From positions 1,708,685-1,772,684 of the forward strand of contig JBFWNU010000001.1 in NCBI GenBank assembly GCA_050250895.1: DNA of 64,000 nt, given 5' to 3'. Made by a program: the position numbers and the translations under genes. Shown in pieces: positions 45,762 through 55,687 of this stretch. The stretch is from Vulcanimicrobiota bacterium (lineage in GTDB: Bacteria > Vulcanimicrobiota > Xenobia > Xenobiales > JADMJV01). Position 1 is the first letter of the stretch; every line of letters begins with the position of its first letter. A model generated the notes under the pieces. That model saw only the letters and a list, made by a program, of their open reading frames with translations, searched no databases and was not told where the DNA came from.

Positions 45762-46095
45762 GGTCGTCCTTCTTCTTTAGAGGTAGCTTGAGTTTGAGAT
45801 TCTTCAAGTCGCCCGAGAGTTTACCCAGATAGTTGGAGTATTCCTTAGAGGCCGGGGCGATGGGCGTCTCGTCTTCTAATAGCAAAATCAGAGCCTCTTC
45901 GGCCGAGACGCTGCCAGAGTTGAGCTTCTCGAGGATTTCACGCTGGTGTCGCAGTCTGGTCTGCAGCCTGCGACTGCGGATCTGCCGGGGCCGATCAGAA
46001 CTGGTCTTGCTGGGCGGATAGAGCGCAGTAATGGCCGCGGTCGCCGACTCGGCAACCTGAAGAAAGAATTCTCTTTGGGCCTGGGTGGAACTCAC
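45745..46095 (-). CDS. Hypothetical protein
   Basis: 116 aa; EILEKLNSGSVSAEEAL (SHOCT-like). Confidence 0.55.
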   Translation of the reverse strand: MSSTQAQREFFLQVAESATAAITALYPPSKTSSDRPRQIRSRRLQTRLRHQREILEKLNSGSVSAEEALILLLEDETPIAPASKEYSNYLGKLSGDLKNLKLKLPLKKKDDRDELE

Positions 46096-46130
46096 CTATG
46101 CCCGGTTCGGCGAAAATTCAACGCCGTCCT

Positions 46131-46604
46131 TCAGCCAGCGTCAACCGAGGCCAGAACGCCGTCGTCCTTGTTGCCGGAGGCGTACTGGTCCTGGTCGGGA
46201 ATCACGATCTCGATATGGCCTGGGGTGAACAGATAGATCTGGTCGGCCACCTTCTGGCTGTGCCCGTCGATGGCATACGAGATGCCCGAAAGGAAATCGA
46301 CGATCCGGCGGGCCAGTTCCTTGTCGGTCTTGCGCATGTTGAGCAAAATGCTCTTCTTGACCTTGAGGGTCTCGGCGATCTCGCGGGCGTCGGCGAAGGA
46401 GGCGGGTTCCAGCACGACGATCTCTTGCTTGCGAGGGCTGGGCAGTCCCACCAATTTCGAACGCGAGCGAACTTCTGCGCCCGCCCGCGAAACGGCCGAA
46501 TAGTCCGAAGGCTCCAGAGACTCTGAATCGATCGGGTCAGAAGAGAAGCTCTCTTCTTCGAGGGTGAAGAAGCGTCGTAGACTATCCATCATATTGCCTG
46601 CCAT
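46131..46604 (-). CDS. sepF: Cell division protein SepF
   Basis: EPASFADA..IA..LK..ILLN...ARRIVDFLSG..YAIDG; downstream of yggS. Confidence 0.9.
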   Translation of the reverse strand: MAGNMMDSLRRFFTLEEESFSSDPIDSESLEPSDYSAVSRAGAEVRSRSKLVGLPSPRKQEIVVLEPASFADAREIAETLKVKKSILLNMRKTDKELARRIVDFLSGISYAIDGHSQKVADQIYLFTPGHIEIVIPDQDQYASGNKDDGVLASVDAG

Positions 46605-46691
46605 GGGGTTTCTATTGAAGTTTATTCAAAGGAAATTCCGTGGGAGGGAGAGCTTCCCCTGCCAGACGCGAAAATATTTTCGGTTCCGGCC

Positions 46692-47447
46692 TTAGGTGCG
46701 TTCGCCGAAAATGACCCGTCCGAGGCGAACCATGGTGGCGCCCTCTTCGACGGCCACCAGGTAGTCGTCGCTCATTCCCATCGACAGGTCCGAACCCACC
46801 CAGAAAGGATACTTGCGGGCGGTGATCTCGTCGAGCAGTTCTCGAAGCCGGCGAAAGTGGGGGCGATTCTCTTCGGGATCGTCGACGGGCGGGGGAATGG
46901 TCATCAGGCCCACCAGGCGTAAGAGTTGTGGAGGCTGGGCCTTCAGTTCGTCGAGCAAGGCCAGCACCCCGACGGGGTCGAGGCCTTTCTTGGTCTTCTC
47001 TCCGCCCAGACGGACCTGAAGCAGGCCGCGGAGTTTGCGATTGCGGGCCTGGCAACGGTCGTCGAGTTTGTGAATCAGGCCTACGCTGTTGAGCGAGTGG
47101 ATGCACTCGAACAGGTCGACGGCCAGGTTGACCTTGTTCCGCTGCAGGCTGCCCACCATATGCCATCGCGCCCCCGGTAGTTGGATGGCTTTCTGGCGGG
47201 CCTCTTGAATGTAATTCTCACCCAGGTCGTCGAGGCCGGCATCGAGGGCTGGTTGGATCTCTTCAGCCGTTCGGGTCTTGGTGATGCCCACGACCGTGAC
47301 CGAGTTGGGGTCGCGTCCGATTTTGATGCAGGTCCGCTCGATGTCTTCGCGGATTTTGGCGAGGCGCGTGCGGATGGAGTCTTCTTTCTCGGCCTCGACA
47401 CTCGACCCGCTGCCTGCGCCTCGCAGGCTGAAGCCAAAATCCATCAC
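46692..47447 (-). CDS. yggS: PLP homeostasis protein YggS/YlmE
   Basis: ITKT, GENYIQE, WHMVGSLQRNK, GLMTIP, LSMGMSDD. Confidence 0.92.
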   Translation of the reverse strand: MMDFGFSLRGAGSGSSVEAEKEDSIRTRLAKIREDIERTCIKIGRDPNSVTVVGITKTRTAEEIQPALDAGLDDLGENYIQEARQKAIQLPGARWHMVGSLQRNKVNLAVDLFECIHSLNSVGLIHKLDDRCQARNRKLRGLLQVRLGGEKTKKGLDPVGVLALLDELKAQPPQLLRLVGLMTIPPPVDDPEENRPHFRRLRELLDEITARKYPFWVGSDLSMGMSDDYLVAVEEGATMVRLGRVIFGERT

Positions 47448-49639
47448 AGCCAGTTCATGAGCGTATCTTGCTCGCTAACCGTCGTGGACGGCTGTCCTGG
47501 GCCGCCCTGGTTGGGCGGAGGGGGAGTCGGCGGACGCGTGGGGGGCGGCGGTGGCTCGCCCGGGGCTCCGGGAGCGGGCTCGGCGTGCCGGATGGCCTCG
47601 TCTTGATCGACCAACCCCGACTCGACCAGCCGCGACAAAGACTGCGCCATGGTCTGCATGCCGTCGCCGATGCCCTCGTAGATCTGCTTGGATATGGCCG
47701 ACAGGTTGCCTTCGGCGATCAGGGCCGCGATGGTGGGGGTGGCCACCATGACCTCGACGGCCGGAACCACGCCGGCGCCGTCTTTGCGTTTGAGCAGCCT
47801 TTGCGAAATGATGCCGCGCAGGCAGGCCGATAGCTGATCGGCTTTGAGTTTCTTTTCATGCTTGGGGAACAACCCTACCAGACGCAAAATGGCTTGCTCG
47901 CTGGTGGCCGCTCTGAGGCCAGCCAGCACCAGGCGTCCTGCCGAAGCGGCGGCCAGGGCGGCCTCGGCCGTAGCCGCGTCGGGAAGGTCGCTGACCATGA
48001 TGACGTCGGGATCTTGATAAAGGGAACGCAACAGTCCCTGTTCGAGATTGGGCAGGTCGACCCCTAACTCGCGCTGGGTGACCAGAGCCATCTTGTCTTC
48101 GTGGTGATAGGCCAGGCGTTCTTCCAGAGTCAGGATGCGCGCCTTGCGGTTGGTGTTGAGGTAGTTGACCAGAGCCGCCAGGGTCGTGGTTCGCCCACCA
48201 CCGGGGTTGGCACAGACCAGGACCAACCCGCTGGGCATGCCGACCAGCTTTTGCAGCGCTTTGGGCAGGCCCAGAGAGTCGAGATCGGGGCAATCCGTCG
48301 AGATCATCTTGAAGGCCGCGCTCATGTTGCCCCGTTCCAGGAAGGCGTTGATGCGGAAGCGGGCTCCCGGGCTTTCGTAGCTGAACTCGAGATCCTTGGT
48401 CTTGAGCAATTCGGCTCTGCGCGGGGCATCCAGAGCAGCAAAGACCAGCCGGCGGCAGTCCGCTCGGCTCAGCGGCTGGTTGCCCACCGGAATCAGCTCG
48501 CCTTCGAGGCGGACGGTGGGCGGTTGCCCCACCTTGAGATGCAGGTCGGAGGCGCCGTGCTTGGTCATGACCTGGAGCAGGTCGTCGAGCTCAAAACCGA
48601 GCTGGGTCTCGTCTTCTTCGCTGACGGCGGGGGTGCTCTCGAAGCCCGACCCGAGGGAGCGGGCCTTTTCTTCGAGGAGATTGACCAGTTTGACAGCCAG
48701 TTGCACTTTTTCGTGGTGGGTCTCGACGATCTTGGCCGAAGCTTCGCTGCGCTCGAGCAGCTTGGTCAGCCGTTCTTCCCACTCGCTACCGGTGTTGGCC
48801 AGTTCTTCAAGGCGACGCAGGGCCTCCCGAGCCCGGTCGCTCAGGCCGGCCGAGTTGGCCAGCTCTTCTAGACTTTCGCGCAGGGTTTCCAGCTCGGAGA
48901 GATTGGCCTTGTCGGCCACCAGCCGGCGGACTTCTTCGAACTGCTCCTGACCGAGTTCTTGACGGATGTTGGCAATAGCCTCTTCGACGTGTTGCCGCGA
49001 GCGCGTGATTTCGCCTTCGAGCTTTTCGGCCAGGCCCTCGACCTGCTCTTGAGAGGCTGCTTCTTGCAGCGCCTGAGACAGCTCGTGCTGGGTCTCGCGC
49101 AACACCTGATCGAGTTCGTCGCGCAGGGTCGAGACGCTGGCTTCGACTTCGGTGGTCAGCTGCTCCATCTGAGCCGTCGAGACACCACCCTCCTTGCTCT
49201 CGAGGGTGCGAAAGCGAACCTCGAGATTCTCGCCGAGCACATGCAATCGCTCGTCGAGTCGGTTGAGAATGGCTTCTTCGAGCAGTCTGGGGACATCTTC
49301 CAGGCGGCCCAGCCCGCCTACCGAGTCGATCCGCACGATCAGTTCGCCCAGGCGCTCGGCCAGCACGCGCTGAGCCTGCGACTGATCGGCTTGAAACTCT
49401 TCAAAACGCTTGACCAGGGCATCAAGCTCTTCGAAAGCCTCGTCTTCTACCGGACCTTCTTCGAGTTCTTCGATCCGGGCCCGCAAAGCCTGCGTGTCAC
49501 GGACTTGAACCGCCGATGCTAACGAGACATTGCGTAGCTCTTCTTCAATACTCGCAATGCGAAAATCGAGTTCGTCGCCCTCTTCATCGAATCCATCGAT
49601 GCTATCTGGACTATCGGACCGTCGGCGCCGCCTTCGCAA
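47444..49639 (-). CDS. PilT/PilU-family ATPase-like protein with long N-terminal coiled coil and degenerate motifs
   Basis: ASDLHL..G.PP..R..G, RFRINAF, QDPDVI, GIISQRL, GMQTM; Walker A reads NPGGGRTTT. Confidence 0.8.
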   Translation of the reverse strand: MRRRRRRSDSPDSIDGFDEEGDELDFRIASIEEELRNVSLASAVQVRDTQALRARIEELEEGPVEDEAFEELDALVKRFEEFQADQSQAQRVLAERLGELIVRIDSVGGLGRLEDVPRLLEEAILNRLDERLHVLGENLEVRFRTLESKEGGVSTAQMEQLTTEVEASVSTLRDELDQVLRETQHELSQALQEAASQEQVEGLAEKLEGEITRSRQHVEEAIANIRQELGQEQFEEVRRLVADKANLSELETLRESLEELANSAGLSDRAREALRRLEELANTGSEWEERLTKLLERSEASAKIVETHHEKVQLAVKLVNLLEEKARSLGSGFESTPAVSEEDETQLGFELDDLLQVMTKHGASDLHLKVGQPPTVRLEGELIPVGNQPLSRADCRRLVFAALDAPRRAELLKTKDLEFSYESPGARFRINAFLERGNMSAAFKMISTDCPDLDSLGLPKALQKLVGMPSGLVLVCANPGGGRTTTLAALVNYLNTNRKARILTLEERLAYHHEDKMALVTQRELGVDLPNLEQGLLRSLYQDPDVIMVSDLPDAATAEAALAAASAGRLVLAGLRAATSEQAILRLVGLFPKHEKKLKADQLSACLRGIISQRLLKRKDGAGVVPAVEVMVATPTIAALIAEGNLSAISKQIYEGIGDGMQTMAQSLSRLVESGLVDQDEAIRHAEPAPGAPGEPPPPPTRPPTPPPPNQGGPGQPSTTVSEQDTLMNWL

Positions 49640-49689
49640 AAGCCCTGCCTCCTTGAAAATTCACTATGACTCGCTTGCGTGTTCGTCGC

Positions 49690-51291
49690 TTAGGAAAGGG
49701 GATCCTCTACCGCTGAGTCCGCGTAGTGGCGCCGTGTGGGAGCGCCGCGGGCCGGCTCGATCCGTTCCAGGCTCCCAAGGGAAGTCTCGACCCTGGCCAC
49801 CAGTTGGCCGCATTCGATTAACTCCCGAGCGATGGCCAGATCTTCAGCCAGGGGACGATCATCGGTGACCGGGGCCACCCGTTCGCGCAGGACAGCCAGA
49901 CCGATTTCGGTAGCCGGGCCGAAGGACAACGGACGATGGAACTCCAGCGCCTGGCAGGCACAAACCCACTCGTTGGCCAGAATCTGCTCGAGATTCTTGA
50001 CCACCACCTCTAATTTGTAGGCTGCACCCGGCCCCATGCTGACGTGGTCTTCATGGCCGGCCGAAGTGGGAACGCTGTCGCTGGAGGCAGGATGGCTGAG
50101 CACCTTGATCTCGTTGACGAGAGCGGCCGACACATACTGGGTCAGCATCAGTCCCGAGTTCAGGCCTGAGTCGCGCACCAGAAAGGCGGGCAGTCCGCTT
50201 TCATCGGGATTAAGCAGCTTGTCGCAGCGTCGTTCCGACATGCTGCCTAGATAGCTCAAGGCCACGGCCGCACAATCGAGAGCCAGGGCTACCGGGGCTC
50301 CGTGAAAGTTGCCCCCGCTCATGATCCGGTCGCTCTCGGGCAGCACCACCGGGTTATCTGAAGCCGCGTTCATTTCGCGCTCGACGACCGAGACCGCCCA
50401 GGTCCAGCCATCACGAGAGGCGCCATGCACCTGGGGAATGCAGCGTAAAGAATAGGGGTCCTGCACCTTGGGGCAGTCAACGTGGCTGGCGATGAGTTCG
50501 GAGCCCGACAGACAACGGCGCAAGTTCTCGGCCACCTGGACCTGGCCGGGGTGGGGCCGGCAGGCGTGGATGGCCGGGTCGAAAACCGAGTCGGTGCCCA
50601 ACAGCGCTTCGAGGCTCATGGCCCCCACGATGTCGGCAGCCTTGAGCAGACGTCCGGCCCGTTCCAGCGCCAGGCCGCCCACGGCCGTCATCAGTTGCGT
50701 GCCGTTGATCAGAGCCAGCGCCTCCTTGGCCTCGTATTCGACGGGCGTAAGGCCAGCCGCCGTCAGGGCCTCGGCGGCAGCCAGGTTGCGGCCCTGGTAG
50801 TGGCATTGGCCTTCTCCCATCAAACCCAGGGCCACATGGGCCAGGGGAGCCAGATCTCCGCTGGCTCCGACCGAACCCCGCGAGGGCACCAGCGGAGTAA
50901 TGCCGGCGTTGAGCGCGGCCAACAAGGCTTGGATGAGCTCGAGCCGGACGCCGGAGTAGCCCTGCACGAGCGAGTTGGCGCGCAGCGCCATCATGGCCCG
51001 CACCTGGTGGACCGGCAGATTCTCGCCGACCCCGGCGCTGTGGCTGCGAACGAGATTGCGCTGAAGCTGGCGCAACTGGTCGGGAGCTACTCGTTTGGAG
51101 CTGAGTCGTCCGAACCCGGTGTTGATGCCATAGACTGTTCGCTCGGTGGCCAGCACGCGTTCGACGACCCGGCGCGAGGCCTTGATCTGCTCCACCACCG
51201 AGGGGTCGAGGGTTACGGCATCTCCGGCGGCCACGGCTGCCAGGCGACTCAAATCGAGGCTACGGCCGTCGATAGAAATAGTTGTAGGCAT
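49690..51291 (-). CDS. hutH: Histidine ammonia-lyase
   Basis: YGINTGFG, SHSAG, GSVGASGDL (MIO), QDPYSLRC, GGNFHG, EDHVSMG. Confidence 0.92.
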   Translation of the reverse strand: MPTTISIDGRSLDLSRLAAVAAGDAVTLDPSVVEQIKASRRVVERVLATERTVYGINTGFGRLSSKRVAPDQLRQLQRNLVRSHSAGVGENLPVHQVRAMMALRANSLVQGYSGVRLELIQALLAALNAGITPLVPSRGSVGASGDLAPLAHVALGLMGEGQCHYQGRNLAAAEALTAAGLTPVEYEAKEALALINGTQLMTAVGGLALERAGRLLKAADIVGAMSLEALLGTDSVFDPAIHACRPHPGQVQVAENLRRCLSGSELIASHVDCPKVQDPYSLRCIPQVHGASRDGWTWAVSVVEREMNAASDNPVVLPESDRIMSGGNFHGAPVALALDCAAVALSYLGSMSERRCDKLLNPDESGLPAFLVRDSGLNSGLMLTQYVSAALVNEIKVLSHPASSDSVPTSAGHEDHVSMGPGAAYKLEVVVKNLEQILANEWVCACQALEFHRPLSFGPATEIGLAVLRERVAPVTDDRPLAEDLAIARELIECGQLVARVETSLGSLERIEPARGAPTRRHYADSAVEDPLS

Positions 51292-51297
51292 TGGGGC

Positions 51298-51777
51298 TCA
51301 GAGTTTCTTGACCATTTGGACGCGCTCCTCTAGATAGCCCTGCTGATGGTAGAAGTCGAGGGCACGCTGATTCGAGATGGTGACCCCCAGCCCCAGCCGG
51401 GCTACGCCAGCCTCGCGGGCAAAGGTTTCAGCCCGTTCCATCAGGGCCTGGGCCACCCCTCGACCCCACCAGTCGCTGGCTACGGCCAGATCGAAGATCC
51501 AGCCTTGAGTCTCTCCGGTCGATGAGTCTTGCTGGCCGGTAAAGACGATGACGTGTCCGATCACACCGGCCGCCGCCTCGGCGATGAAGATGCCGACGTG
51601 GGGCCGGGCCAGGGCTCGGTGCAGGCTGCGAAGATCGTTGCGCCGGTAGACACGAACCGTCTCTTCATCGATGTCGCGCAAATGGGACACCGAATGAATG
51701 ACCATCTCGACGGCGAGCTCTACAACCTGGGGCAGATCGTCGGGCTGCGCCAGTCGGATGGAAAAGTCTTCGCTCAT
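51298..51777 (-). CDS. GNAT acetyltransferase
   Basis: LAV..WWGRGVAQALM, N.RALDFY...GY. Confidence 0.85.
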   Translation of the reverse strand: MSEDFSIRLAQPDDLPQVVELAVEMVIHSVSHLRDIDEETVRVYRRNDLRSLHRALARPHVGIFIAEAAAGVIGHVIVFTGQQDSSTGETQGWIFDLAVASDWWGRGVAQALMERAETFAREAGVARLGLGVTISNQRALDFYHQQGYLEERVQMVKKL

Positions 51778-51816
51778 GATGGGGTTTTTTCAGTCCTTTG
51801 GGGAATTTCCCGCTGG

Positions 51817-53604
51817 ATGGAAGAATCCGAGCGAGAGGAGCTGGCCGCTCTGCGCGCCGAGAATCGGCTGCTGCGAGCGGTGTTCGAGAGTTTTCGCGAG
51901 GCTTTGCTGGTAGCCGACCCCGAGGGTCGATTTCTACTTTGGAATAAAAAGGCCGAGCAATATCTCAAAGCCCCTCTGAAAGACTTTGCACCCGAAGACT
52001 GGTCACGGGAGTATCGCCTGAGCCTGCCCGACGGCTCGCCCTTTCCCTCTGAGCAGCTGCCTCTGGCCCGGGCCATTCGAGGCGAGCAGCCGGCCGAGTT
52101 CGAGTCGGTGCGAGTCGGTACAGATACGATGCCCGAAGAGGTGTGGCTGTCGGTTTCGGGGTTTCCTGTCTTTGACGACGGAGAATTGCTGGGCGGAGCC
52201 GTCTGCTACCGACCGGCCGCCGAGCCTCGGGACCTGCTCGAGCGTTTGACTAGACAGGCTAGCCTGGTTAGTTCCTGGCGCGACGGCGTCATCGGCGTCA
52301 ACCTGCAGGGCGAAATTTTCAGCTGGAACAGCGCGGCCGAAAAGACCTGTGGCTATTCGGCCGACGAGATTCTAGGGCGTCCGCTGGCCAGTCTGAGTGC
52401 TCCGGGAGCCCGACCCGACCTGGGCGAGGCTCTCGACGAGACCCGCGAGAGTGGGCAGCCGGTCGGTTTCGAGACCTGGCTGCTGGCCAGATCCGGGCAA
52501 AAGCTGAGTGTCTTCTTGCACTTCAACCCCATTCTCGACCCCGCCTCGCGGGTGATCGGGTTTTCGGTGTTGTGTCACGACCTTACCGCGCTCAAAGTGG
52601 CGGAGTCGAGTTGGCGTTCGCTGCTCGAGAACATCCCGGGGATGGTCTTCAATATCGATCGGGACCTGAAGATCACCTTTCTCAACCGGGCCGTCCCTGG
52701 TCTTGGGCCCGACCAGGCGGTGGGTCGATCGGCTCTCGACCTGGTGGCGCCCGAGTACCAGGAGCGGGCCGCCGAAGTCTGCCGTCAGGTTTTTGCCACC
52801 GGCCGCCGCGGCCGGCTCGAGTTCGAGGCTCCCAACGTGCTGACCGGTGAGCGGCACTGGTATTCCTCGCGTATTGGCCCGGTCATGCGCGACCAGCAAG
52901 TCCAATCGCTGATCGTCATCACCCGGGACATCACCCAGCGCAAGCGAGCCGAGTTCGCCTTGACCGAGTCCGAGCGTTTGCTCCGATCGCTTTCGGCTCG
53001 CCTGGCCCAGGCCCTCGAAGAAGAGCGCTTGCGCATCGCCCGCGAGCTTCACGATGAGCTGGGTCAACTACTGACCGCGCTTCGCCTCGAGTTGGCTTTG
53101 CTTGAGTCGACCATGGGCGAACATTGCGCTTTCGGGCCCATCAATGAAAAGCTCGAGTCGACCCTGACGGCGGTCCGCCGCATCGCCACCCAGCTCAGGC
53201 CCCAGTTGCTCGACGACCTTGGGGTGGCGGCCGCCATCGACTGGCTCGCCCAGGAGATTTGCGGGCGCGCCAACCTGGCCTATGAGCTAAAAATCGACCT
53301 GGGGCCCAATCGCCTGCCCCAAGAGCAATCGCTGGCGCTGTTTCGCATTTCCCAGGAGGCGCTGACCAATGTGGTGCGCCACGCCGGGGCCAGGGCCGTC
53401 AAGATCACCTTGAGGGCCGACGAGCAAGCGGTCGAGCTGGTGGTCGAAGACGACGGGCGCGGTATCACCCCCGACCAGGCTGCTGGCGAGGGCTCGCTGG
53501 GGCTGCTAGGCATCTCGGAGCGGGCCGGAATGTTGGGCGGGAGCTTCGAAATCGGCAGCCCTACTCAGGGCGGAACCTGTCTACGAGCACATCTGCCGTT
53601 CTGA
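51817..53604 (+). CDS. Multi-PAS histidine kinase (NarX/HisKA_3 type)
   Basis: EERLRIARELHDELGQ, QEALTNVVRHA, DDGRG, GLLGISER. Confidence 0.88.
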   Translation: MEESEREELAALRAENRLLRAVFESFREALLVADPEGRFLLWNKKAEQYLKAPLKDFAPEDWSREYRLSLPDGSPFPSEQLPLARAIRGEQPAEFESVRVGTDTMPEEVWLSVSGFPVFDDGELLGGAVCYRPAAEPRDLLERLTRQASLVSSWRDGVIGVNLQGEIFSWNSAAEKTCGYSADEILGRPLASLSAPGARPDLGEALDETRESGQPVGFETWLLARSGQKLSVFLHFNPILDPASRVIGFSVLCHDLTALKVAESSWRSLLENIPGMVFNIDRDLKITFLNRAVPGLGPDQAVGRSALDLVAPEYQERAAEVCRQVFATGRRGRLEFEAPNVLTGERHWYSSRIGPVMRDQQVQSLIVITRDITQRKRAEFALTESERLLRSLSARLAQALEEERLRIARELHDELGQLLTALRLELALLESTMGEHCAFGPINEKLESTLTAVRRIATQLRPQLLDDLGVAAAIDWLAQEICGRANLAYELKIDLGPNRLPQEQSLALFRISQEALTNVVRHAGARAVKITLRADEQAVELVVEDDGRGITPDQAAGEGSLGLLGISERAGMLGGSFEIGSPTQGGTCLRAHLPF

Positions 53605-54297
53605 CAGTCGATAGTGATGAGCCCGGGCCTCTAGCTGGCGACGCTCGTCGGGGCTCCATGGGACGAGTTCGAGGGGCTGCCCGGTCGTCCGGCCGAACGC
53701 CTCGGCAAAGGTGGCGGCCTCGATGGGGCCCCTACCCAGCTCGTCGAGGGCGGCCCCGGGAGGGCTCTCGCCCAGCAGGCGGCGGTGCAGCTCGAGATCG
53801 ACTCTAAAGGGGATGACACCGTGTTGCAACAGCCGTTTGCCGCGACGCAGTTGGGCGCTGCCAACCAGTTTGCCGGTGGCGCACAGCAGTTCTCCAAAGC
53901 CGGTCACGGCCATGCAGCCGGGGTCGCGTCCGGCTGCGGGTCTGGCCTGGCTCTGGGTCACCTCCAGGCCCAGTTCGGTCAGGGTGGCTCCCACCCAGGC
54001 CGTCAGCCGGGCGAACTCGTCTCTTAAAGCCGTGCCCTCGGTGGGGAGGGCCAGCGCGTAAGTGAGTTCATCTTGGTGCAACAGAGCCCGTCCGCCCGAG
54101 GGCCGGCGCACCACCTCGAGGCCCTGGCTCCGGACTACGCTCCATGGGATCCAATCGACCTTTTGGGCGTAGCCCAGGGACAGGGTTGGATTCGACCAGC
54201 AGTAGAGCCGAAGCACGCTCTGCTGCCCGTCGAGCAGAAAGGCGTCAGCGGCCATGTTGAAGCCCCCGGGCTGGGCGCCGTCGAGGATTAGCCGCAT
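53581..54297 (-). CDS. Lipoate-protein ligase / LipM-like octanoyltransferase
   Basis: NMAAD, LSLGY.Q, VRRPSGGRALLH, KLVGSAQ, LQHG; adjacent to gcvH. Confidence 0.8.
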   Translation of the reverse strand: MRLILDGAQPGGFNMAADAFLLDGQQSVLRLYCWSNPTLSLGYAQKVDWIPWSVVRSQGLEVVRRPSGGRALLHQDELTYALALPTEGTALRDEFARLTAWVGATLTELGLEVTQSQARPAAGRDPGCMAVTGFGELLCATGKLVGSAQLRRGKRLLQHGVIPFRVDLELHRRLLGESPPGAALDELGRGPIEAATFAEAFGRTTGQPLELVPWSPDERRQLEARAHHYRLSERQMCS

Positions 54298-54301
54298 CAG
54301 G

Positions 54302-55243
54302 CTAGGCCTGGAATTTGCGCTTCTTGGCGATGATGATGCGCGTGCCTCGACCCGACTGGGAGTCGATCTCGAGCCGGTCCATCAGGTGTTTCATCAGGAA
54401 GATTCCGCGGCCTCGCTCCGAGAACAGGTCGGGGGGCTCATCGCCTCGTCCGGTCGGGTCAAAGCCGGAGCCGTAATCTTGCACCTCGACCTTGAACTCG
54501 GTCATCGTCATCATGTATTGGACATCGATACCCATCTCGGACTTGCCGTGCTCGATGGCGTTGTCGCACACCTCGCCCACGGCCGTGATGATATCGTAGA
54601 TTTCTTCTTCGGTGAACCAGACCCGGCGGGCGATGGCCTCGGCCTGCAGCCGGACGATGGCGGCGAACTCTTCCCGGCAGGGGATCTTGAGCCGAATCTG
54701 CGAGGCGGACTTGACCACTTCTTCCCACTTGGCCAGGGCCGACTCGTGGTGAGCGATGAGCTCTTTCTGGCTGCGCAAATACGAGCTCGCCAACCCGGTA
54801 AAGAACTGGTCGAAGACATCGTTGATGCGACGTTCCAGGGCGAACAGATCGCTGGGGGCTGCCTGGCTCAGCTGTTGGGCCAACATCATCCACAGTTCCT
54901 GGCGCATAAAGCGAATGCCCGAGATCAGATCCTCGAAGTCGATGGCCATCCGGACCCGCCGGGCGGCGATGCCGTCTTCGAGCGAGACCAGCTCGTCGTG
55001 AAGGGCCTGGGCGTCGGCCGAGATGTCGCCCTCTTTGAGCGCCTCGACTTCGCGCACGATGTGGGTCAACAGCCGTTTGACCGTGCCCTTGGATTCTTCC
55101 TCGTCCATGTTCTCCGGACGGTAGGAGGCCAATTCGGAAAAGCACCGCCGCGTCACCCGGTCCGCCAGCTCTTGCTCTTTCTCACGGAGCAGGCTGGCGA
55201 CCTGGGCCCAGAGCGGACCTAGACTGGTCGAGGAAGCTTCCAT
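54302..55243 (-). CDS. RsbRD-N-like helical domain fused to an anti-sigma-factor kinase (RsbW-like HATPase)
   Basis: AVGEVCDNAIEHG, DYGSGF, ERGRGIFLM..LMD. Confidence 0.75.
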   Translation of the reverse strand: MEASSTSLGPLWAQVASLLREKEQELADRVTRRCFSELASYRPENMDEEESKGTVKRLLTHIVREVEALKEGDISADAQALHDELVSLEDGIAARRVRMAIDFEDLISGIRFMRQELWMMLAQQLSQAAPSDLFALERRINDVFDQFFTGLASSYLRSQKELIAHHESALAKWEEVVKSASQIRLKIPCREEFAAIVRLQAEAIARRVWFTEEEIYDIITAVGEVCDNAIEHGKSEMGIDVQYMMTMTEFKVEVQDYGSGFDPTGRGDEPPDLFSERGRGIFLMKHLMDRLEIDSQSGRGTRIIIAKKRKFQA

Positions 55244-55648
55244 CTAGCTCTCTTCCTCGACCACCTTGGCATAACCAGAGTGGTCGAGCAGGTCATCGAG
55301 CTGACTGGCGTCTTTGAGCTTGACCTTGACCATCCAGCCTTCGCCGTAAGGGTCGCGGTTGATTAATTCCGGGTCGTAGGCGTCGTTGCTTTCGACCAGT
55401 CGAGGGTTGGTTTCGACCACCTCGCCGTCGACGGGGGCGAACAGATCAGAGACGGTTTTGACCGACTCGACCACGCCGAAGGTTCCCCCGCGTGACATCT
55501 GGCTACCGACAGCGGGGATCTCGACGTAGACGATGTCGCCGAGCTGATCCTGGGCAAAGTGGGTAATGCCGATTTCGACGGTGCCGCCGCCGTTGCCGCG
55601 CACCCACTCATGCTCTTCGCTGTACCGCAGATCTTCAGGAATCATCAA
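55244..55648 (-). CDS. gcvH: Glycine cleavage system H protein
   Basis: YSEEHEW, GITHFAQDQLGD, VESVKT (lipoyl Lys), DPYGEGW. Confidence 0.95.
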   Translation of the reverse strand: MMIPEDLRYSEEHEWVRGNGGGTVEIGITHFAQDQLGDIVYVEIPAVGSQMSRGGTFGVVESVKTVSDLFAPVDGEVVETNPRLVESNDAYDPELINRDPYGEGWMVKVKLKDASQLDDLLDHSGYAKVVEEES

Positions 55649-55687
55649 TCCTCCAAGTAGGTTAGAATCCGCTCGCCCCGTTCTGGG

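Noticed and set aside
51529-51816. N-terminal extension of the PAS kinase
   Set aside because: Antisense overlap with the GNAT gene; ATG 51817 is more plausible.
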